Origin: Candidatus Latescibacterota bacterium
Lineage (GTDB): Bacteria; Latescibacterota; UBA2968; UBA8231
DNA: 32,091 nt
Reading direction: 5' to 3'
NCBI GenBank assembly: GCA_965205655.1
Contig: CBDBIJ010000079.1
Span: 1 to 32,091 of the forward strand
In this document: in pieces, positions 1 through 9,937 of the stretch
Layout: each line of letters starts with the position of its first letter
Numbering within the stretch: the first letter of the stretch is position 1
The notes under the pieces: generated by a model
Told to the model about the DNA's origin: nothing
Databases searched by the model: none
What the model saw: only the letters and a program-made list of their open reading frames with translations
Program-made: the position numbers and the translations under genes

Positions 1-13
1 TGCCTTTTCGATT

Positions 14-1099
14 TCAATTAGGTGATTCGTACTCGTGAACCACATCCACGAGCCACCTCACGGAGTCGAAGGGCGTTTCGGGGTGGACGCCGTGACCGAG
101 GTTGAAGATGTGTGGGATGCCGTCGGTGGCCGTCAGCAAGTCGCGCGCATGACCTTCGATGTGCTCAGGCGAGCCGAAAAGAACGATCGGATCGAGGTTG
201 CCCTGCACCGCGAAGGCGCCCTCAAACCGATGGAACACCGCGGCCAGTTCGGTCCGCCAGTCGAGGCTCAACACGTCGGCGCCGACCCGCGCCAGGTGCG
301 CGTAAAGATGTGAGGCGCCGTTGGCGTAGTAGATTCTCGGCACGTCGAAGTGGGCAAGTGAGGCGAATATCTGTTGTAGATAGGGCAGTGCCACGGTGGA
401 GAATGCCGCTGCGGAGAGGGCCCCCACGCATGTGTCGAAGAGCTGGATCGCCTGCGCGCCCGCTTTGATCTGGGCGCTGAGATAGGCGATGGTGGAATCG
501 GTGAGTTTGCTGAGCAGTGAATGGGCAGTGTTGGGCGCTGCCTGGACCATGCGACGAAACTGGGTGAATTCCCGGGCGCCGGCGCCCTCCGCCATGTAGG
601 TGGCAAGCGTAAACGGGGCACCGGCGAAGCCGATGAGAGGCACGGCGGGCTTCAACTCGCGTTTTGCTAACGCAATCGTCTCCAAAACGTGAGGAAGGTC
701 TGACTGCGGTTCAATCGTCCGCAGGGACTCCACCTGCCGCTCGTTGCGGATGGGAGATGCCAACTGTGGACCCGGACTGAACTCGACGTGGCAGCCCATC
801 GGCATGACGGGGGTGAAGATATCGGCGAACAGAATAGCCGCGTCCACATCGAGTAGGCTTACCGGCATAAGGGTGATTTCAGCCGCCAGCTCGGGGGCCT
901 CGAAGAGATCCCGTATCGAACCTGATCTTTTTTCTTTGAGATCGCGGTACGGCTTGAGGATTCGACCGGCCTGACGCATAAACCACACAGGCCGCGTCGG
1001 TGGGACGTCGCCGGAGCAGGCGATCAGGAAAGGGGATCTGTCAGGTCGAGCTGGTGCTTCGACGGCGATGCTCGTCGACGCCTGTGCCCCGGCGCTCAC
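14..1099 (-). CDS. hemE: Uroporphyrinogen decarboxylase
   Basis: URO-D motifs PVWFMRQAGR, DAAILFADI, LIGFAGAPFTLATY, VQGNLDP and IFNLGHGV. Start placed at GTG 1099, which overlaps the upstream TGA (GTGA). ATG 1120 is the alternative start. Confidence 0.95.
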   Translation of the reverse strand: MSAGAQASTSIAVEAPARPDRSPFLIACSGDVPPTRPVWFMRQAGRILKPYRDLKEKRSGSIRDLFEAPELAAEITLMPVSLLDVDAAILFADIFTPVMPMGCHVEFSPGPQLASPIRNERQVESLRTIEPQSDLPHVLETIALAKRELKPAVPLIGFAGAPFTLATYMAEGAGAREFTQFRRMVQAAPNTAHSLLSKLTDSTIAYLSAQIKAGAQAIQLFDTCVGALSAAAFSTVALPYLQQIFASLAHFDVPRIYYANGASHLYAHLARVGADVLSLDWRTELAAVFHRFEGAFAVQGNLDPIVLFGSPEHIEGHARDLLTATDGIPHIFNLGHGVHPETPFDSVRWLVDVVHEYESPN

Positions 1100-3918
1100 T
1101 GTCCCGGTTCCACCATCCATTCCGGCAGTGTAATTCTGTACTTGTACACACCTTCGGTCGGGTCGAGAACGACGGTGCTGTCGGACAGATTGGCGCTGAT
1201 CACCTGGGGCTCGTCGTCTTCGTCATAGTATCCGAGAACGCGCAGCTTGGGCATGCGGCGCTCAGGCCACAGCCTGCCGGGCTCGATGCTGATGGCATCC
1301 TGGCAGTCCACTGGAAATACGTCAATCGTCCACTCCTGCTGACGAACGAGGGCCGCACCGTTTACCGTCAGAGGTCCCAGCTCGAGAGCCTGCCCTCGCG
1401 TGTCGCAGTAGAAATAGTCGTTTGATTGCACGAAGTCGATGCGGCCCGATCCGGTGTCAGCCGAGTAGACGAGCAGTTCGTTCGGCCCTCTGGCATGAAA
1501 CGAGGCAGGCGGCAGCCTGTAGGTGATGCCGCTGTCATCGATTTCCCATTCCTCTGACCAGCTTCCGTTTACGTGGACCTGGAGGCCATTCTCGTAGGTG
1601 ACCTGTACCTGGCTGTGCTCGTAGGCTCCGGAAACGAGGGCTTCGGAGGTTTCCAGCAATTGGCCGTCGTGATGGTAGAGGATGGATGTGGTTGCTATGC
1701 CGAGGTAACAGGTCTGGAGCTGCTGAGTCATGCAGTAGTACTTGATGACCGCGGGCATGCCCCAGGCATCGACATCTGGCAAGCATCCGGCGTGACCGAA
1801 GGCGACCGTTGCGGCGAGATAGCGGTCGAACCAACTACTGCGGCCATGCATTTCGTCAGCTGCCACATCCTCGCCGAAGAACTCGGACGGTTCGCCGATT
1901 CCCGCATCGACCTGGAGCGGATGGAGCCGTTTCAGATCGAAGTCGACGAGCAAAGGCTCACGACAGGGAGCACGGCCGTTCAAACGCGCGGAGTATCCGG
2001 GCAGCAGCCCGGCGTAGAGCCAGTGACTGCCACCTTCTCCGACTACGGCTCCGCCGGCGGCGTCCGCTATTTGCACGAGCGCCGACTGCTCCGCCAGGAG
2101 GGTGGAGCGAAAGCTCGCACGTTCAAGTACGCGAGAATCGAAGTCGACGCGGTCCCACGGAGGGGACGCGGCGTGCTCGGCAAGGAAGGTCGCGTCCGCG
2201 TTGTACTTGTCGACCAGAGTACGGGCATGCGCCGGAGCTAGACGGATCGCCTCAGCCGGCTTGAGCAGATAGCGCCCCGGTCCAGTTCGGGCGTAGCTGC
2301 CGTCAGACAGTCTGGCGACGGCGTCCTGCGTCCACTGCGGATCCGTGGGCGTCACATCTCGCAGGGTGGTGCACAGCGTGTAGTGATAGCCGAGATCCCT
2401 AACCGCTTCGAGATATTCGATGAGCGCATCGTCGCCTCCCTTGGTGCGAGCCCCCGTGAGCGCAAGGCTGCTGCCACTGTCGCTGTCGCGCCAGGTATCC
2501 GTTGGGTGGTTGACGAGAAGGTGGTCGAGACCGCGCTGCTTGAAAGTCCGCAACCGTTCGTAGGTGTTGACGTAGGCCTCTTCGGATGCCTCCAGATGCG
2601 GAATGCTGTACCACACCAGATTTCGCAAGGGTTCCCACACAGGTCTGTTGGTCGGTTGGGGAAGTGAGGGCAGGACCTCCTCGAAACTTCTGGAGACGGT
2701 GAGGACCCAGCGTTCTTTCAGTAGGTTGCGCTTATCGTCCGAGGCCGGTTCGTAGCGGCAGCCGCCATTGATACGGAGCTCCTGGTGGGCGTTGTCGGAG
2801 GGGGGACCGAAAAACCTGGACGCGGAGGATTCATACCAGTCGAGCAGACTCGATATGAAAACGCCGGAAGTGCACAATATGAGTGGATCTTCGTCGCCGA
2901 AAGAGAAATACGGCACTCTGATGAGTTTCGGATGAATGGCACCGGCGGTGTACCCCAGATCGACACCGGTGGCCTTTCCGTTGCCACCGTCGATGTCGAC
3001 GACGAGGGATTTCCCGACGATCGAAAGGCGATAGAGGAAGTCGGCCAGTTCGTCGCCCCGCCGCCATTGCCAGCGCGCTTCCACGACGTCGCCCACTTGC
3101 TCGCAGGAGACGAAATGTCGCTCTACTTCCTCATCGTCGGCGGCCCAGTCCCGATTTCCCATCTCGATCGTCACACCGCCGCTCTCGGCGATCTTGATCG
3201 ACTCAGCGTTGTTGATCTCGACCTCGATATCGGAGAAGCTCCCCTCGATCGGGGTGTAGACGTAGCGGACGACGGCGGTCAGAGATCGGGCTTCGAAAAT
3301 GAAGGAAATTTCGTCCTTGAAAACCGATGTCGTCACTTCCTCATCGGAATAGGGAAGCATGGAGCGCGGCTCCGGATAAACGGAGGGAGTGTCGACGGCG
3401 ATCGGGTCGAGTGGAAGGGCGTGACCGGTTTCGAAGCCGACGCCGCCAATCAGCAATTCCTGCTCGTCGCGACTGAAGAGGCCTCTGAGGATCAATCCTT
3501 CCAGAGATCCCGGTGCTGTTGAAACCGAGCGATGCAGCAGGTGCCAGCCACTGAAGTCGAGCCGGCCGAGCGAGCGCTCCTCACCATCGGAGAATAAGAG
3601 CAAGAGCTCAGGGAGGGTTTCGAGCTCGCACTGGTCGGTGAGGTGAACCCAGAGGTGAGCCGCACTGGCGTCGGGGGGTATCGGGCGGGGTTCAGGCGAC
3701 CGCAAGAAAACGTCGCCCGCTCCGGAGACAACGAGCCTGGCCAGAGGCGCCGAGGCATCCTCATTATCCACCACATCCGCCGCCGACTCGAGCCTGCCAG
3801 TGACGCCCAGGCGAAACTCCGCCTCCCATTCCGATACGCCGTCGATGATTTTGAGGGATTCGGGCAACTGGCCGGGCCGGGGTCCCGGTTCGATCTCCTC
3901 GCCTGGCTGAATCGTCAT
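1096..3918 (-). CDS. Large hypothetical protein (940 aa) with a DUF5696/GH129/GH101-like TIM-barrel region, possibly catalytically degenerate
   Basis: Long ORF. Start at ATG 3918 avoids overlap with the divergent gene and lies just downstream of a strong promoter. Segments KGGDDALIEYLEAVRDLGY, PPWDRVDFDSRV and GEGGSHWLYAGL resemble that family from memory. No signal peptide seen. Confidence 0.6.
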   Translation of the reverse strand: MTIQPGEEIEPGPRPGQLPESLKIIDGVSEWEAEFRLGVTGRLESAADVVDNEDASAPLARLVVSGAGDVFLRSPEPRPIPPDASAAHLWVHLTDQCELETLPELLLLFSDGEERSLGRLDFSGWHLLHRSVSTAPGSLEGLILRGLFSRDEQELLIGGVGFETGHALPLDPIAVDTPSVYPEPRSMLPYSDEEVTTSVFKDEISFIFEARSLTAVVRYVYTPIEGSFSDIEVEINNAESIKIAESGGVTIEMGNRDWAADDEEVERHFVSCEQVGDVVEARWQWRRGDELADFLYRLSIVGKSLVVDIDGGNGKATGVDLGYTAGAIHPKLIRVPYFSFGDEDPLILCTSGVFISSLLDWYESSASRFFGPPSDNAHQELRINGGCRYEPASDDKRNLLKERWVLTVSRSFEEVLPSLPQPTNRPVWEPLRNLVWYSIPHLEASEEAYVNTYERLRTFKQRGLDHLLVNHPTDTWRDSDSGSSLALTGARTKGGDDALIEYLEAVRDLGYHYTLCTTLRDVTPTDPQWTQDAVARLSDGSYARTGPGRYLLKPAEAIRLAPAHARTLVDKYNADATFLAEHAASPPWDRVDFDSRVLERASFRSTLLAEQSALVQIADAAGGAVVGEGGSHWLYAGLLPGYSARLNGRAPCREPLLVDFDLKRLHPLQVDAGIGEPSEFFGEDVAADEMHGRSSWFDRYLAATVAFGHAGCLPDVDAWGMPAVIKYYCMTQQLQTCYLGIATTSILYHHDGQLLETSEALVSGAYEHSQVQVTYENGLQVHVNGSWSEEWEIDDSGITYRLPPASFHARGPNELLVYSADTGSGRIDFVQSNDYFYCDTRGQALELGPLTVNGAALVRQQEWTIDVFPVDCQDAISIEPGRLWPERRMPKLRVLGYYDEDDEPQVISANLSDSTVVLDPTEGVYKYRITLPEWMVEPGQ

Positions 3919-3964
3919 AACCCGCTGTGATCCCCGCAAAATGCGTGCAGAATGCAAAAGCAGC

Positions 3965-3993
3965 AAGATAGCCCACGCCCCTGTAGGTGTCAA
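3965..3993 (-). promoter_or_regulatory. Sigma70-type promoter for the hypothetical-hemE operon
   Basis: Minus strand TTGACA-17 nt-TATCTT, about 45 nt upstream of ATG 3918. Confidence 0.7.
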
Positions 3994-4008
3994 GCGATGC
4001 CGGCGCGG

Positions 4009-4037
4009 TTGACGGTGTCGCGAACGAGCTGTATCGT
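4009..4037 (+). promoter_or_regulatory. Sigma70-type promoter, back to back with the previous one
   Basis: TTGACG-17 nt-TATCGT upstream of ATG 4089. Confidence 0.55.
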
Positions 4038-4088
4038 CATATTTTACAAGGTGATCCACCGTTTGTGAGGTCCCGGAGAGAAGCGGCA

Positions 4089-5318
4089 ATGGCGAAAACG
4101 GAGACCCTCGTCGTAGGCGGGGGGGCGGCGGGGATGCGGGTGGCAATCAGTGCGGCCGATCGCGGAGAGCAGGTGACCTTGCTGGAAGGTAATGAGAGCC
4201 TCGGGCGAAAGATTCTGATCTCCGGAAACGGTCGCTGCAATCTCACCAATATTGATGCAGATGCCACCTCCCACTACCACGGTGACAACCCGCTTTTCGC
4301 GCGACCGGCGCTGGAGTCACATCCGGTGGCAGATACTGTCGAATTTTTCCGCGATCTGGGTGTCGAGACGAAGGAGGAAAAGCGAGGGCGTTTGTTCCCA
4401 TGCTCGGATCAAGCCCAGTCGGTCGTTGATGTGTTAGCCGACCGCATGCGGGTGCTGGGGGTCGAGGTGCGGACCGGCGCCAAGGTCCGAGAATTGAAGC
4501 GCGACGGCCTCTTCCATCTCGCCACCGACAGCGGTCACCGCTGGCGGGCAGAGCGGGTGGTGCTGGCCAGTGGGGGTCTTAGCCTGAGCAAGCTCGGCGC
4601 CGACGGAAGTGGTATCGAACTGGCCGAGGGCTTGGGGCATCGCACGACGCCACTACTCCCGGGGCTGGTCGCCCTCGTCAGTGCCGATGCCTGCGTTCGC
4701 CGCATGCAGGGCGTCAAGGTCCGGGCCGAGGTACGGGCGCGGCTCGGGGAGCCGGAGCGAGTGGTCGTCGACACGGACGATCTGCTGCTTACGAAGTACG
4801 GCGTGTCCGGCTTTGTCATCCTCAACCTGAGCGCCCAGATCGTACCGCTGCTCGAGACCGGCCCTGTGGAGCTGTTGGTCAATCTCTTGCCGGGAAGATC
4901 TGCCGAAGAGGTGAGCGAGCTGCTCAAATCCAGATGGGAGAAAAACCGACATCGATCTCTCGACCTGAGCTTCGCAGGGCTGCTGTCGAGCAAGCTGGTC
5001 CGGCCACTTCTCGACAAGCTCGAGCTCGCCCGTGAGCGCACTGTTGATAAAATCACGAAAGCGGAACGCTGGCGACTTGCTCAGACCCTGACGGCATGGC
5101 CGATCGTCGCCTCTCAACCCCGCCCTTTCGACTTCGCCGAAGTGACGATCGGCGGCATCCGAACCGATGAGATCGATCCGCACACACTCGAATCGCATAT
5201 CTGTCCCGGCCTCTATCTCGTCGGGGAAATGGTGGACATTCACGGCGACCTGGGTGGGTACAACTTTCAGTGGGCATGGTCGAGCGCAGTCGCCGCAGGA
5301 CAGCGTCTGGGCAATTGA
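4089..5318 (+). CDS. HI0933/YhiN (BaiN-like) NAD(P)/FAD-dependent oxidoreductase
   Basis: VVGGGAAG, GRKILISGNGRCNLTN, GRLFP, EVTIGGI and GEMVDIHGDLGGYNFQWAWSS. GGAGAG precedes ATG 4089. Confidence 0.93.
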   Translation: MAKTETLVVGGGAAGMRVAISAADRGEQVTLLEGNESLGRKILISGNGRCNLTNIDADATSHYHGDNPLFARPALESHPVADTVEFFRDLGVETKEEKRGRLFPCSDQAQSVVDVLADRMRVLGVEVRTGAKVRELKRDGLFHLATDSGHRWRAERVVLASGGLSLSKLGADGSGIELAEGLGHRTTPLLPGLVALVSADACVRRMQGVKVRAEVRARLGEPERVVVDTDDLLLTKYGVSGFVILNLSAQIVPLLETGPVELLVNLLPGRSAEEVSELLKSRWEKNRHRSLDLSFAGLLSSKLVRPLLDKLELARERTVDKITKAERWRLAQTLTAWPIVASQPRPFDFAEVTIGGIRTDEIDPHTLESHICPGLYLVGEMVDIHGDLGGYNFQWAWSSAVAAGQRLGN

Positions 5319-5364
5319 GCTCCTTGACGTTGGCGTCGAGCGGACAGCGTTTCCCATCGCGCGT

Positions 5365-5393
5365 TTGACTCTTCGTAAGGTACAATCTACACT
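5365..5393 (+). promoter_or_regulatory. Sigma70-type promoter for mocA-xdhC, overlapped by the palindrome GTACA-N8-TGTAC
   Basis: TTGACT-17 nt-TACACT ending 12 nt before ATG 5406, which implies a near-leaderless transcript. Confidence 0.65.
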
Positions 5394-5405
5394 GTACGTT
5401 AGATC

Positions 5406-6020
5406 ATGATCGTCGCCATCGTTCTGGCCGCGGGATTGTCCACCCGGATGGGTGCGCTCAAACAACTGCTACCTCTTGGCGAGTGTGGGAAAACGGTCAT
5501 TGAGGTCGTTGTGGAGCGGGTCCTGAGCTGTGTTGATGAGGTCATCGTCGTGCTGGGGCACCAAGCCGAGCACATTTCACAGCGGTTATCCGGCTCCGGG
5601 GCTCTCTGTGTGGTCAACGACGACTACGAAGACGGGATGATTTCGTCAGTTCGATGTGGAATCCGGTCGGCCGTTCCAGCGCTGGGCTATCTGATCTGCC
5701 TCGGCGATCAACCTGCCGTCGAAGAGGAGATCGTCGCCACTGTCGTCGGCGAGGCGCGCTCGAGCAGGGCCGGCGGCATCGTCATCCCCACCTACGACGG
5801 CAAACGGGGGCATCCCGTTTTCATACACCGCAAGTATGCCGACGAGATTCTGAACCTGGACCGGGACGCGGGGCTGAACGCCGTAACCCGCGGACATTCT
5901 GAGGACACGGTGGAGATTCCCGTGAACGACAGAGGCGTTCTCGAAGATATGGATACGCCAGAGGACTACGATCGGACCCTGTCGCGCTTTAACAGTCGCG
6001 AATCTCGGGACGCGCTCTGA
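5406..6020 (+). CDS. mocA: Molybdenum cofactor cytidylyltransferase (MocA-like nucleotidyltransferase)
   Basis: IVLAAGLSTRMGALKQLLP, GMISSV, LGDQP, GKRGHPV and DMDTPEDY. Adjacent to xdhC. Confidence 0.85.
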   Translation: MIVAIVLAAGLSTRMGALKQLLPLGECGKTVIEVVVERVLSCVDEVIVVLGHQAEHISQRLSGSGALCVVNDDYEDGMISSVRCGIRSAVPALGYLICLGDQPAVEEEIVATVVGEARSSRAGGIVIPTYDGKRGHPVFIHRKYADEILNLDRDAGLNAVTRGHSEDTVEIPVNDRGVLEDMDTPEDYDRTLSRFNSRESRDAL

Positions 6021-6045
6021 GGCGCCTTACTGACGACCACACGAG

Positions 6046-7216
6046 ATGGAAGACATCGTCAACAGAGTAGCAGAGTGCGAGCGCCGTGGTGAAGCGGTGG
6101 CGCTGGCCTCTCTGGTAGAGAGCAGCGGCTCGATCCCAATGAGCGAGCGCGCCAAGATGGTGGTGAAGAGTGACGGTGCTGTGTTGGGGACAATCGGTGG
6201 CGGTTGCCTCGAAGCCGAGATCATCAACTGCTGCAGGGAAGTGCTCGAAACTGGACGGGCGCAGACCACCCGATACACGATGACGGAGAAACAGGCCGGA
6301 GAGACCGGCCTGAACTGCGGTGGCTCGGTCTTCGTTTATACAGAGCGGGTCGGAGTGCCCGGCGATTCCGACGTTTACGATGCAGTCTCGACAGCCAAGG
6401 CTGATCGGCAGCCCTGCGTGCTGGCGACACTGATGTCTACCGAACGTCTGGAAGCATCCGGCGCTGGAAGAGTTCTGTACTTCGCGGATGGGGCGCGGTG
6501 CGGATCACTCGGCGACGAAGAGTTAGATGCCGTGGTCGAGAAACACGCGGCTGAGATGGTCGAAACGGAGAAGGCGAAGGTACTGCGCTTCGATGGCGAC
6601 AGCATGTCGCTGTGCGGGGATGGGGTCGTCCCCGACTCCGGCGGCGCTTCCAAGGCCGGCGGCGTTGTCAACGCCGCTAGTCGAATCGAGGTCTTTGTCC
6701 AGCCCTTCCTGCCGCCGCCGGTGCTCTTCGTTTTCGGAGGCGGTCACGTGGGAGCTCAGATAGGCAAGCTGGCCACGGAGGTGGGCTTTCGCGTTCTCCG
6801 TAATCGACGATCGACCCATGTTCAGCAACGCAGAGCGGCATCCCTACGCCGCTGGTTGTATCGTGGACGAAATGGACAACGCTTTCAGGGAGCTCGAGAT
6901 CGACGATCAGTCTTTCATCGTCGCCGCCACCCGCGGTCACCAGCACGACGAAATCGTTGTGGAGCAGGCGATCCGTACGTCGGCGCGCTATATCGGCATG
7001 CTGGGGAGCGAGCGAAAAAAGATGATTCTTTGGAAACGAATAGCGGACCGGGGAGGCGACAGCTCTCAGCTCGACAGGGTGTACGCGCCGATCGGCCTGA
7101 ACATTGGCGCGGATAATCCAGAGGAGATCGCGGTCAGCGTCGTGGCCGAGCTCATCAAGGTGCGAAGGGGGTCTCGCAAAAAGTGGAAGACGAAACGGAC
7201 CGAAGCAGTCGGCTAG
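6046..7216 (+). pseudogene. xdhC: XdhC/CoxI family xanthine dehydrogenase accessory factor, frameshifted at about 6798 (may be a sequence error)
   Basis: The first ORF has GTIGGGCLEAE, GLNCGG and FGGGHVG. The +1 frame continues VIDDRPMF...ATRGHQHD...YIGMLGS...APIGLNIGADNPEEIAVSVVAELI. Removing one C from CTCCGTA joins the two. Confidence 0.9.
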
Positions 7217-7307
7217 CAATCGCCGGGTGGCACCACCACCTGCCTGCTCGGACCTGAGGGAATTCAGCCACACCCGTCCCGGACTTTGCAGCCAGGCAGA
7301 AACGCCG

Positions 7308-7337
7308 TTAAACAGTCGGCGCCACCCGCCCGTCCAA
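7308..7337 (+). promoter_or_regulatory. Candidate ECF-sigma autoregulatory promoter
   Basis: TTAAAC-17 nt-CGTCCAA matches the generic ECF AAC...CGT pattern and sits directly upstream of the ECF gene. Confidence 0.4.
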
Positions 7338-7366
7338 ACCAGTAAAGCCCAGCGGGTAGCAAACTC

Positions 7367-8049
7367 ATGAGTGGAGACCAGGCGACGACCGTCAGATCGC
7401 CAATTTTCGGATCGTCGATCGCCGCGCCCACACAGATGCCGGAAACGGACGCCGAACTCTTAGAGCGATTCGGAGCGGGTGAGGGGAGCGCTTTTGACGA
7501 GATCGTCAGGCGCTACCACGAGCGAATTTTTTTCAATTCGTCTACCGGGTGCTGCAGGATTTCGACGAAGCTGCCGACATCGCGCAGGAGACGTTTATCC
7601 GGGCTTATGACAAGCTCGAACGCTTTCACGGCCGTTCGTCACTTTATACCTGGCTTTATCGAATTGCATTAAATCTGAGTATTAACTCTTTGCGCAAGAG
7701 GAAATTACGATCACTAGTAGGTCTGAATGAGGTGCCCGGCGGAGAGTTGAGATCTGGCGAAGCTGATCCGGCGGCGTTGCTGGATGACTCTGAGACCCGC
7801 CGCCGTATCGAGCTGGCTATTGCCGAACTGCCCACGCGCCAGAGGAGTATCTTCGTGCTGCGGCAGTACGAGGGTCTCACCCATGCGGAGGTCGCGTCCG
7901 TGGTCGGTTCGTCCGAAGGGGCAGTGAGGGCCGGCTACTTTCACGCCGTGCGCAAGCTCCGGCTGGCCCTTGAGGATCTGGTAGTTGAAGATCTCCCCGA
8001 GGAGGGAGATGAGCGATCAGAGCGATCACAGCGAGCAGGGGGTGGATGA
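7367..8049 (+). pseudogene. ECF RNA polymerase sigma factor, frameshifted at the T7 run 7527-7533
   Basis: The first frame gives TDAELLERFGAGEGSAFDEIVRRYHERIF. The second frame gives QFVYRVLQDFDEAADIAQETF...TWLYRIALN...LPTRQRSIFVLRQYEGLTHAEVA (sigma regions 2 and 4). Confidence 0.9.
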
Positions 8050-8650
8050 ATGAAATGCGATGAACGCGCGGTTCTCGAGTATCTCGACGGGGTTCTGCCG
8101 GCGGCCAGGCAGGCGGAGGTGGAGGATCACATGGCCGCATGCTCGGCCTGCCGGACGCGGATGCAGTCCCTAGAGCAAACGCTGCAGCTGGCGGGTCACG
8201 TCAAACCGCCGACGCTGAGTCCGCTGCACGCGAACGCCGTGGCTTATCGGGTCAGGAGCGCGGTGGCCAGAAGGGATGCGCAGAGACGGATGCGACCTGC
8301 TGCAAGAGCTTGGGTGCCCGCACTCACTGGCGCCACGAGCGCCGTCGTTGCCCTGGTAGCTCTACTCTTCGCGTTGGACTGGCTACCTCCGACAGCTCAG
8401 TTGGGTCCCGCCCCTGTGAGGGAGTCGGCGGTTGCGGCCAGCGACCTGCAAACAGGGAGCTGGCCTCTCAGCCGAAACGCTTGCATATATGACGGATGAG
8501 CAAGCCTGGCCGGAGGACAGCGACGCGGTCGAGCTCACGGTCTGGATCGACGAGTACCTCGTTGACACCGCATCTGACGAGGAGTTGTTCGACGAGGCCG
8601 AAGCGCTCGTGATGGACGATGATTTGTACAGTCTTGTTGAGGTGTACTGA
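8050..8650 (+). pseudogene. Zinc-finger (ZAS, zf-HC2) transmembrane anti-sigma factor, apparent frameshift at about 8450-8457
   Basis: EYLDG...HMAACSAC (HxxxCxxC) plus one TM segment. The acidic C-terminal part continues in the +1 frame to TGA 8650, 2 nt before the next ATG. Confidence 0.8.
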
Positions 8651-8652
8651 CC

Positions 8653-9196
8653 ATGAAAGACCCTTTCAGCATGATGATTCTGGTAGTCGCCGCTACGATT
8701 TTGGTAGCTTTCACGATTACGCCCTCCACCGCTCAGCCGATGAGGGAGTTGGGCGGACTGCCAAAGGAGCGAATCGATCTGCTCCGCCTCTGGCGCCTCG
8801 TCGACGTGCTGCAGGTGGACGAGGCGCAGGCCGCAAAGCTGTTTCCGCTCTGGAGCCGTCACGATCGGGACAAGAGAGGGCTGCACCAGAAGAGGAAGGA
8901 AGTTGAGGCGACCCTCAAAGAGCTGCTCGGCGAGGAGGCGGCCTCGGACGAGTCCCTGACGAGGAAGATGGATGAGCTGCAGGCTATCGGAGTCGAAATG
9001 TCGGAAATGAAGGAGGGATTTCAGGACGAAGCTCGCCGCGCTTCTCAGTCTCCGCCAGCGGGCCCAGCTCATGCTTTTCGAAGGTCGATTTCGGCGTGAT
9101 CTGCGGGACATCGTGAAGGATTTTCGTCGTCTCGGTGAGGGTCGTAGAGGTCGCGGCCGGTGGTTCGGTCCGCCGGGGTCGGAGCTCCCGGAGTAA
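8653..9196 (+). pseudogene. Spy/CpxP-like periplasmic helical protein, frameshifted at about 9030
   Basis: Signal peptide ending STAQP and LQVDEAQAAKLFPL. The +1 frame continues LAALLSLRQRAQLMLFEGRFRRDLRDIVKDFRR...SELPE* (LTxxQ-like motif). Typical third gene of an ECF locus. Confidence 0.75.
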
Positions 9197-9232
9197 CGGG
9201 ATTAGGAATCGCGTCGCTGCGAAGGGGCCGTC

Positions 9233-9937
9233 GTGAAGCGTTACTCAGCTCGGCAGATTCGCCGCACGCTGCGCAAGTACGACACCAAAGAAACTGCCGT
9301 TCAGCTCGGCGACGCGGCTGCGCTCGATATTCTGGAGATTACCGACAGCTACGCCCTACTCGATCGGCTTCTCGAACAGGATGAAGCGGTACCGTCGCGC
9401 CGGGTCCGTTTCCCTTACTGGGCCGAGATCTGGCCTGCGTCCCTGGCTCTATCGAGCTGGTTCGAAGACGCCGACATCGAAACGCCGAAGGAGCGGGTCA
9501 AGGAGCTCGGCTGCGGCCTCGGGGTGGTGGGGATCTCGCTGGCGCAGCGGGGGTTCGATGTCGAGGCAACCGATTTCGTGGAAGACGCTCTCGTATTCGC
9601 CAGCCACAATGCCGCTCGAAACGGCGTGAACAGACGCCATCGAGTGTCATACCTCGACTGGAGCCACCCGGTCGGTCGCTTGAGCGACTGTCTCGTGGGC
9701 TCGGATGTGACCTACGAGAGGAAGAGTCACCAGTTTCTGTATCGAGTGATACGCAAGCTGCTCGCGCCGGGTGGACGTCTCTATCTCAGTGATCCACAGC
9801 GACCGGTGGCGAAGGCGTTTTTTGCCTCACTCGAAGGTCAGGGGTTCGACCATTTCTGCGAAACCCGGACCACGCGATGGAAGGCGATGGAGCACCAGAT
9901 CGATATACACGTTTTTGTGAAGCCCGATCACAGCTGA
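9233..9937 (+). CDS. Class I SAM-dependent methyltransferase (Methyltransf_16 / METTL21-like)
   Basis: FPYWAEIWPASLAL, motif I ELGCGLG, ATD, LDW and GSDVTYE. Confidence 0.85.
   Translation: MKRYSARQIRRTLRKYDTKETAVQLGDAAALDILEITDSYALLDRLLEQDEAVPSRRVRFPYWAEIWPASLALSSWFEDADIETPKERVKELGCGLGVVGISLAQRGFDVEATDFVEDALVFASHNAARNGVNRRHRVSYLDWSHPVGRLSDCLVGSDVTYERKSHQFLYRVIRKLLAPGGRLYLSDPQRPVAKAFFASLEGQGFDHFCETRTTRWKAMEHQIDIHVFVKPDHS

Noticed and set aside
3919..4146. Overlapping N-terminal extensions of the two divergent ORFs
   Set aside because: The region holds back-to-back sigma70 promoters. Starts at 3918 and 4089 fit better.
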